NCBI GenBank assembly: GCA_964016885.1
Contig: OZ024743.1
Span: 211,792,001-211,856,000 of the forward strand
Reading direction: 5' to 3'
From: Eledone cirrhosa
Taxonomy: Eukaryota
DNA: 64,000 bases
The notes beneath the pieces are model-generated. The model was not told the origin of the DNA, searched no databases, and saw nothing but the letters and a program-made list of their open reading frames with translations. The translations under genes were made by a program, and so were the position numbers. Each line of letters starts with the position of its first letter. Position 1 is the first letter of the stretch. Shown piece by piece: positions 1 to 9,589 of the stretch.

Positions 1-128
1 CTCCGCCGGCAAATCGTCATTTTTGGATTCGTTTTCTTCGAAGCACACCATTCGCCGGCGGACTTTGTTGACGTTTAACACGGTTTGGTTCCACAGCCAC
101 AACTATTGATTTTAAGGAGATATCTTGC

Positions 129-199
129 TGAAATTCACGCCACACATAGCCAATGAGTGTCTGCACATGTACCAGTAATTACAGATCGATCCGACCACG
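129..199 (+). repeat. ~71-bp conserved core shared by all monomer types (representative copy)
   Basis: TGAAATTCACGCCACACATAGCCAATGAGTGTCTGCACATGTACCAGTAATTACAGATCGATCCGACCACG aligns without gaps to the A-type version TGAAAATCACACCACACACAACCAATGTGTGTCTGCAC...CCCACCACG. Confidence 0.95.
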
Positions 200-753
200 G
201 GCGGCCGGCCCGCGATTGAAAAGGTAACTCCGCCGGCAAATCGTCATTTTTGTGATCCGTTTTCTTCGAAGCACACCATTCGCCGCCGGACTTCAGCTGC
301 CTCATTTAGCATGGGCAGTTTTTTTTGAAAATCACACCACACACAACCAATGTGTGTCTGCACATGTACCAGTAATTACAGATCGATCCCACCACGGGCG
401 ACCGGCCCACAATCGAAAAGGTTACTCCGCCTGCAAATCGTCATTTTCGGATTCGTTTTCTTCGAAGCACACCATTCGCCGGCGGACTTCAGCTGCCTCA
501 TTTAGCATGGGCAGTTTTTCTTGAAGATCACACCACACACAGCCAATGAGTGTCTGCACATGTACCAGTAATTAGAGATCGATCCGACCACGGGCGGCCG
601 GCCCACGATCGAGAAAAAGGTAACTCCGCCGGCAAATCGTCATTTTTGTGATCCGTTTTCTTCGAAGCACACCATTCGCCGCCGGACTTCAGCTGCCTCA
701 TTTAGCATGGGCAGTTTTTTTTGAAAATCACACCACACACAACCAATGTGTGT
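161..753 (+). repeat. Type A monomers: three subtypes of 197, 196 and 200 bp forming a 593-bp trimer (representative copy)
   Basis: Core-to-core spacings 161->358 (197), 358->554 (196), 554->754 (200). Diagnostics: CCGCGATTGAAAAGGTAA (197), CCACAATCGAAAAGGTTACTCCGCCTGC (196), CCACGATCGAGAAAAAGGTAA (200). ORF offsets of 593 (252->845; 20002->20595->21188) agree. Confidence 0.95.
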
Positions 754-950
754 CTAAACATGTACCAGTAATTACAGATCGATCCGACCACGGGCGGCCG
801 GCCCGCGATTGAAAAGGTAACTCCGCCGGCAAATCGTCATTTTTGTGATTCGTTTTCTTCGAAGCACACCATTCGCCGCCGGACTTCAGCTGCCTCATTT
901 AGCATCGGCAGTTTTTTTTGAAAATCACACCACACACAACCAATGTGTGT

Positions 951-1118
951 CTGCACATGTACCAGTAATTACAGATCGATCCCACCACGAGTTCAATGTA
1001 AACAAACTTACGCTCAACGACTTTGTTGACGTTTAACACGGTTTGGTTCCACAGCCACAACTATTGATTTTAAGGAGATATCTTGCTGAAATTCACGCCA
1101 CACATAGCCAATGAGTGT
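951..1118 (+). repeat. Type C monomer, 168 bp: core plus an unrelated 97-bp body at 990-1086 (representative copy)
   Basis: Spacing 951->1119 = 168. The body AGTTCAATGTAAAC(A/T)AACTTACGCTCAACGACTTTGTTGACGTTTAACACGG...GATATCTTGC shows no evident similarity to the A body beyond GACTT. Confidence 0.95.
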
Positions 1119-1639
1119 CTGCACATGTACCAGTAATTACAGATCGATCCGACCACGGACGGCCGGCCCGCGATTGAAAAGGTAACTCCGCCGGCAAATC
1201 GTCATTTTCGGATTCGTTTTCTTCGAAGCACACCATTCGCCGGCGGACTTCAGCTGCCTCATTTAGCATGGGCAGTTTTTCTTGAAGATCACACCACACA
1301 CAGCCAATGAGTGTCTGCACATGTACCAGTAATTAGAGATCGATCCGACCACGGGCGGCCGGCCCACGATCGAGAAAATGGTAACTCCGCCGGCAAATCG
1401 TCATTTTTGTGATCCGTTTTCTTCGAAGCACACCATTCGCCGCCGGACTTCAGCTGCCTCATTTAGCATGGGCAGTTTTTTTTGAAAATCACACCACACA
1501 CAACCAATGTGTGTCTGCACATGTACCAGTAATTACAGATCGATCCGACCACGGGCGGCCGGCCCGCGATTGAAAAGGTAACTCCGCCGGCAAATCGTCA
1601 TTTTTGTGATTCGTTTTCTTCGAAGCACACCATTCGCCG

Positions 1640-4600
1640 CCGGACTTCAGCTGCCTCATTTAACATGGGCAGTTTTTTTTTAAAATCACACCACACACAA
1701 CCAATGTGTTTCTGCACATGTACCAGTAATTACAGATCGATCCCACCACGAGTTCAATGTAAACTAACTTACGCTCAACGACTTTGTTGACGTTTAACAC
1801 GGTTTGGTTCCACAGCCACAACTATTGATTTTAAGGAGATATCTTGCTGAAATTCACGCCACACATAGCCAATGAGTGTCTGCACATGTACCAGTAATTA
1901 CAGATCGATCCGACCAGGGGCGGCCGGCCCGCGATTGAAAAGGTAACTCCGCCGGCAAATCGTCATTTTTGGATTCGTTTTCTTCGAAGCACACCATTCG
2001 CCGGCGGACTTTGTTGACGTTTAACACGGTTTGGTTCCACAGCCACAACTATTGATTTTAAGGAGATATCTTGCTGAAATTCACGCCACACATAGCCAAT
2101 GAGTGTCTGCACATGTACCAGTAATTACAGATCGATCCGACCACGGGCGGCCGGCCCGCGATTGAAAAGGTAACTCCGCCGGCAAATCGTCATTTTTGTG
2201 ATCCGTTTTCTTCGAAGCACACCATTCGCCGCCGGACTTCAGCTGCCTCATTTAGCATGGGCAGTTTTTTTTGAAAATCACACCACACACAACCAATGTG
2301 TGTCTGCACATGTACCAGTAATTACAGATCGATCCCACCACGGGCGGCCGGCCCACAATCGAAAAGGTTACTCCGCCTGCAAATCGTCATTTTCGGATTC
2401 GTTTTCTTCGAAGCACACCATTCGCCGGCGGACTTCAGCTGCCTCATTTAGCATGGGCAGTTTTTCTTGAAGATCACACCACACACAGCCAATGAGTGTC
2501 TGCACATGTACCAGTAATTAGAGATCGATCCGACCACGGGCGGCCGGCCCACGATCGAGAAAAAGGTAACTCCGCCGGCAAATCGTCATTTTTGTGATCC
2601 GTTTTCTTCGAAGCACACCATTCGCCGCCGGACTTCAGCTGCCTCATTTAGCATGGGCAGTTTTTTTTGAAAATCACACCACACACAACCAATGTGTTTC
2701 TGCACATGTACCAGTAATTACAGATCGATCCCACCACGAGTTCAATGTAAACTAACTTACGCTCAACGACTTTGTTGACGTTTAACACGGTTTGGTTCCA
2801 CAGCCACAACTATTGATTTTAAAGAGATATCTTGCTGAAATTCACGCCACACATAGCCAATGAGTGTCTGCACATGTACCAGTAATTACAGATCGATCCG
2901 ACCAGGGGCGGCCGGCCCTCGATTGAAAAGGTAACTCCGCCGGCAAATCGTCATTTTTGGATTCGTTTTCTTCGAAGCACACCATTCGCCGGCGGACTTT
3001 GTTGACGTTTAACACGGTTTGGTTCCACAGCCACAACTATTGATTTTAAGGAGATATCTTGCTGAAATTCACGCCACACATAGCCAATGAGTGTCTGCAC
3101 ATGTACCAGTAATTACAGATCGATCCGACCACGGGCGGCCGGCCCGCGATTGAAAAGGTAACTCCGCCGGCAAATCGTCATTTTTGTGATCCGTTTTCTT
3201 CGAAGCACACCATTCGCCGCCGGACTTCAGCTGCCTCATTTAGCATGGGCAGTTTTTTTTGAAAATCACACCACACACAACCAATGTGTGTCTGCACATG
3301 TACCAGTAATTACAGATCGATCCCACCACGGGCGGCCGGCCCACAATCGAAAAGGTTACTCCGCCTGCAAATCGTCATTTTCGGATTCGTTTTCTTCGAA
3401 GCACACCATTCACCGGCGGACTTCAGCTGCCTCATTTAGCATGGGCAGTTTTTCTTGAAGATCACACCACACACAGCCAATGACTGTCTGCACATGTACC
3501 AGTAATTAGAGATCGATCCGACCAGGGGCGGCCGGCCCGCGATTGAAAAGGTAACTCCGCCGGCAAATCGTCATTTTTGTGATTCGTTTTCTTCGAAGCA
3601 CACCATTCGCCGGCGGACTTTGTTGACGTTTAACACGGTTTGGTTCCACAGCCACAACTATTGATTTTAAGGAGATATCTTGCTGAAATTCACGCCACAC
3701 ATAGCCAATGAGTGTCTGCACATGTACCAGTAATTACAGATCGATCCGACCACGGACGGCCGGCCCGCGATTGAAAAGGTAACTCCGCCGGCAAATCGTC
3801 ATTTTTGGATTCGTTTTCTTCGAAGCACACCATTCGCCGGCGGACTTTGTTGACGTTTAACACGGTTTGGTTCCACAGCCACAACTATTGATTTTAAGGA
3901 GATATCTTGCTGAAATTCACGCCACACATAGCCAATGAGTGTCTGCACATGTACCAGTAATTACAGATGGATCCCACCACGGGCGGCCGGCCCACAATCG
4001 AAAAGGTTACTCCGCCTGCAAATCGTCATTTTCGGATTCGTTTTCTTCGAAGCACACCATTCGCCGGCGGACTTCAGCTGCCTCATTTAGCATGGGCAGT
4101 TTTTCTTGAAGATCACACCACACACAGCCAATGAGTGTCTGCACATGTACCAGTAATTAGAGATCGATCCGACCACGGGCGGCCGGCCCACGATCGAGAA
4201 AAAGGTAACTCCGCCGGCAAATCGTCATTTTTGTGATTCGTTTTCTTCGAAGCACACCATTCGCCGCCGGACTTCAGCTGCCTCATTTAGCATCGGCAGT
4301 TTTTTTTGAAAATCACACCACACACAACCAATGTGTGTCTGCACATGTACCAGTAATTACAGATCGATCCCACCACGAGTTCAATGTAAACTAACTTACG
4401 CTCAACGACTTTGTTGACGTTTAACACGGTTTGGTTCCACAGCCACAACTATTGATTTTAAGGAGATATCTTGCTGAAATTCACGCCACACATAGCCAAT
4501 GAGTGTCTGCACATGTACCAGTAATTACAGATCGATCCGACCAGGGGCGGCCGGCCCGCGATTGAAAAGGTAACTCCGCCGGCAAATCGTCATTTTTGGA

Positions 4601-7600
4601 TTCGTTTTCTTCGAAGCACACCATTCGCCGGCGGACTTTGTTGACGTTTAACACGGTTTGGTTCCACAGCCACAACTATTGATTTTAAGGAGATATCTTG
4701 CTGAAATTCACGCCACACATAGCCAATGAGTGTCTGCACATGTACCAGTAATTACAGATCGATCCGACCACGGGCGGCCGGCCCGCGATTGAAAAGGTAA
4801 CTCCGCCGGCAAATCGTCATTTTTGTGATCCGTTTTCTTCGAAGCACACCATTCGCCGCCGGACTTCAGCTGCCTCATTTAGCATGGGCAGTTTTTTTTG
4901 AAAATCACACCACAGACAACCAATGTGTGTCTGCACATATACCAGTAATTACAGATCGATCCCACCACGGGCGGCCGGCCCACAATCGAAAAGGTTACTC
5001 CGCCTGCAAATCGTCATTTTCGGATTCGTTTTCTTCGAAGCACACCATTCGCCGGCGGACTTCAGCTGCCTCATTTAGCATGGGCAGTTTTTCTTGAAGA
5101 TCACACCACACACAGCCAATGAGTGTCTGCACATGTACCAGTAATTAGAGATCGATCCGACCACGGGCGGCCGGCCCACGATCGAGAAAAAGGTAACTCC
5201 GCCGGCAAATCGTCATTTTTGTGATCCGTTTTCTTCGAAGCACACCATTCGCCGCCGGACTTCAGCTGCCTCATTTAGCATGGGCAGTTTTTTTTGAAAA
5301 TCACACCACACACAACCAATGTGTGTCTGCACATGTACCAGTAATTACAGATCGATCCGACCACGGGCGGCCGGCCCGCGATTGAAAAGGTAACTCCGCC
5401 GGCAAATCGTCATTTTTGTGATTCGTTTTCTTCGAAGCACACCATTCGCCGCCGGACTTCAGCTGCCTCATTTAACATGGGCAGTTTTTTTTTAAAATCA
5501 CACCACACACAACCAATGTGTTTCTGCACATGTACCAGTAATTACAGATCGATCCCACCACGAGTTCAATGTAAACTAACTTACGCTCAACGACTTTGTT
5601 GACGTTTAACACGGTTTGGTTCCACAGCCACAACTATTGATTTTAAGGAGATATCTTGCTGAAATTCACGCCACACATAGCCAATGAGTGTCTGCACATG
5701 TACCAGTAATTACAGATCGATCCGACCAGGGGCGGCCGGCCCGCGATTGAAAAGGTAACTCCGCCGGCAAATCGTCATTTTTGGATTCGTTTTCTTCGAA
5801 GCACACCATTCGCCGGCGGACTTTGTTGACGTTTAACACGGTTTGGTTCCACAGCCACAACTATTGATTTTAAGGAGATATCTTGCTGAAATTCACGCCA
5901 CACATAGCCAATGAGTGTCTGCACATGTACCAGTAATTACAGATCGATCCGACCACGGGCGGCCGGCCCGCGATTGAAAAGGTAACTCCGCCGGCAAATC
6001 GTCATTTTTGTGATCCGTTTTCTTCGAAGCACACCATTCGCCGCCGGACTTCAGCTGCCTCATTTAGCATGGGCAGTTTTTTTTGAAAATCACACCACAC
6101 ACAACCAATGTGTGTCTGCACATGTACCAGTAATTACAGATCGATCCCACCACGGGCGGCCGGCCCACAATCGAAAAGGTTACTCCGCCTGCAAATCGTC
6201 ATTTTCGGATTCGTTTTCTTCGAAGCACACCATTCACCGGCGGACTTCAGCTGCCTCATTTAGCATGGGCAGTTTTTCTTGAAGATCACACCACACACAG
6301 CCAATGACTGTCTGCACATGTACCAGTAATTAGAGATCGATCCGACCAGGGGCGGCCGGCCCGCGATTGAAAAGGTAACTCCGCCGGCAAATCGTCATTT
6401 TTGTGATTCGTTTTCTTCGAAGCACACCATTCGCCGGCGGACTTTGTTGACGTTTAACACGGTTTGGTTCCACAGCCACAACTATTGATTTTAAGGAGAT
6501 ATCTTGCTGAAATTCACGCCACACATAGCCAATGAGTGTCTGCACATGTACCAGTAATTACAGATCGATCCGACCACGGACGGCCGGCCCGCGATTGAAA
6601 AGGTAACTCCGCCGGCAAATCGTCATTTTTGGATTCGTTTTCTTCGAAGCACACCATTCGCCGGCGGACTTTGTTGACGTTTAACACGGTTTGGTTCCAC
6701 AGCCACAACTATTGATTTTAAGGAGATATCTTGCTGAAATTCACGCCACACATAGCCAATGAGTGTCTGCACATGTACCAGTAATTACAGATGGATCCCA
6801 CCACGGGCGGCCGGCCCACAATCGAAAAGGTTACTCCGCCTGCAAATCGTCATTTTCGGATTCGTTTTCTTCGAAGCACACCATTCGCCGGCGGACTTCA
6901 GCTGCCTCATTTAGCATGGGCAGTTTTTCTTGAAGATCACACCACACACAGCCAATGAGTGTCTGCACATGTACCAGTAATTAGAGATCGATCCGACCAC
7001 GGGCGGCCGGCCCACGATCGAGAAAAAGGTAACTCCGCCGGCAAATCGTCATTTTTGTGATTCGTTTTCTTCGAAGCACACCATTCGCCGCCGGACTTCA
7101 GCTGCCTCATTTAGCATCGGCAGTTTTTTTTGAAAATCACACCACACACAACCAATGTGTGTCTGCACATGTACCAGTAATTACAGATCGATCCCACCAC
7201 GGGCGGCCGGCCCACAATCGAAAAGGTTACTCCGCCTGCAAATCGTCATTTTCGGATTCGTTTTCTTCGAAGCACACCATTCGCCGGCGGACTTCAGCTG
7301 CCTCATTTAGCATGGGCAGTTTTTCTTGAAGATCACACCACACACAGCCAATGAGTGTCTGCACATGTACCAGTAATTAGAGATCGATCCGACCACGGGC
7401 GGCCGGCCCACGATCGAGAAAAAGGTAACTCCGCCGGCAAATCGTCATTTTTGTGATCCGTTTTCTTCGAAGCACACCATTCGCCGCCGGACTTCAGCTG
7501 CCTCATTTAGCATGGGCAGTTTTTTTTGAAAATCACACCACACACAACCAATGTGTGTCTGCACATGTACCAGTAATTACAGATCGATCCGACCACGGGC

Positions 7601-9430
7601 GGCCGGCCCGCGATTGAAAAGGTAACTCCGCCGGCAAATCGTCATTTTTGTGATTCGTTTTCTTCGAAGCACACCATTCGCCGCCGGACTTCAGCTGCCT
7701 CATTTAACATGGGCAGTTTTTTTTTAAAATCACACCACACACAACCAATGTGTTTCTGCACATGTACCAGTAATTACAGATCGATCCCACCACGAGTTCA
7801 ATGTAAACTAACTTACGCTCAACGACTTTGTTGACGTTTAACACGGTTTGGTTCCACAGCCACAACTATTGATTTTAAGGAGATATCTTGCTGAAATTCA
7901 CGCCACACATAGCCAATGAGTGTCTGCACATGTACCAGTAATTACAGATCGATCCGACCAGGGGCGGCCGGCCCGCGATTGAAAAGGTAACTCCGCCGGC
8001 AAATCGTCATTTTTGGATTCGTTTTCTTCGAAGCACACCATTCGCCGGCGGACTTTGTTGACGTTTAACACGGTTTGGTTCCACAGCCACAACTATTGAT
8101 TTTAAGGAGATATCTTGCTGAAATTCACGCCACACATAGCCAATGAGTGTCTGCACATGTACCAGTAATTACAGATCGATCCGACCACGGGCGGCCGGCC
8201 CGCGATTGAAAAGGTAACTCCGCCGGCAAATCGTCATTTTTGTGATCCGTTTTCTTCGAAGCACACCATTCGCCGCCGGACTTCAGCTGCCTCATTTAGC
8301 ATGGGCAGTTTTTTTTGAAAATCACACCACACACAACCAATGTGTGTCTGCACATGTACCAGTAATTACAGATCGATCCCACCACGGGCGGCCGGCCCAC
8401 AATCGAAAAGGTTACTCCGCCTGCAAATCGTCATTTTCGGATTCGTTTTCTTCGAAGCACACCATTCGCCGGCGGACTTCAGCTGCCTCATTTAGCATGG
8501 GCAGTTTTTCTTGAAGATCACACCACACACAGCCAATGACTGTCTGCACATGTACCAGTAATTAGAGATCGATCCGACCAGGGGCGGCCGGCCCGCGATT
8601 GAAAAGGTAACTCCGCCGGCAAATCGTCATTTTTGTGATTCGTTTTCTTCGAAGCACACCATTCGCCGGCGGACTTTGTTGACGTTTAACACGGTTTGGT
8701 TCCACAGCCACAACTATTGATTTTAAGGAGATATCTTGCTGAAATTCACGCCACACATAGCCAATGAGTGTCTGCACATGTACCAGTAATTACAGATCGA
8801 TCCGACCACGGACGGCCGGCCCGCGATTGAAAAGGTAACTCCGCCGGCAAATCGTCATTTTTGGATTCGTTTTCTTCGAAGCACACCATTCGCCGGCGGA
8901 CTTTGTTGACGTTTAACACGGTTTGGTTCCACAGCCACAACTATTGATTTTAAGGAGATATCTTGCTGAAATTCACGCCACACATAGCCAATGAGTGTCT
9001 GCACATGTACCAGTAATTACAGATGGATCCCACCACGGGCGGCCGGCCCACAATCGAAAAGGTTACTCCGCCTGCAAATCGTCATTTTCGGATTCGTTTT
9101 CTTCGAAGCACACCATTCGCCGGCGGACTTCAGCTGCCTCATTTAGCATGGGCAGTTTTTCTTGAAGATCACACCACACACAGCCAATGAGTGTCTGCAC
9201 ATGTACCAGTAATTAGAGATCGATCCGACCACGGGCGGCCGGCCCACGATCGAGAAAAAGGTAACTCCGCCGGCAAATCGTCATTTTTGTGATTCGTTTT
9301 CTTCGAAGCACACCATTCGCCGCCGGACTTCAGCTGCCTCATTTAGCATCGGCAGTTTTTTTTGAAAATCACACCACACACAACCAATGTGTGTCTGCAC
9401 ATGTACCAGTAATTACAGATCGATCCCACC
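1640..9430. repeat. Higher-order repeat domain with 988-bp (5-mer), 2824-bp and 2232-bp (11-mer) periods
   Basis: ORF offsets: 1854->2842 (988); 3186->6010 and 3506->6330 (2824); 5666->7898 and 6330->8562 (2232). The private variant AATGACTGTC occurs only at ~3481, ~6305 and ~8537. Confidence 0.8.
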
Positions 9431-9589
9431 ACGAGTTCAATGTAAACAAACTTACGCTCAACGACTTTGTTGACGTTTAACACGGTTTGGTTCCACAGCC
9501 ACAACTATTGATTTTACGGAGATATCTTGCTGAAATTCACGCCACACATAGCCAATGAGTGTCTGCACATGTACCAGTAATTACACATC

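Noticed and set aside
26-43. CENP-B-box-like motif ATTCGTTTTCTTCGAAG
   Set aside because: It matches only 6 of the 9 essential positions of TTCGnnnnAnnCGGG; the A and the final GG are missing.
331-358. CACACCACACACA / TGTGTGT as a microsatellite or telomere-like TG tract
   Set aside because: Only a few dinucleotide units, fixed inside the monomer core; not an expanded simple repeat.
986-1060. tRNA/SINE/5S-like Pol III signals (GAGTTCAA, GGTTCCACAGCC)
   Set aside because: No cloverleaf, no properly spaced A and B boxes, and no recognisable 5S or rRNA sequence.
1760-1777. AACTAACTTACGCT resembling the trypanosomatid spliced-leader start (AACTAACGCT) or a CTAAC branch point
   Set aside because: The match is short and gapped with no downstream leader similarity, and many C monomers carry AACAAAC instead.
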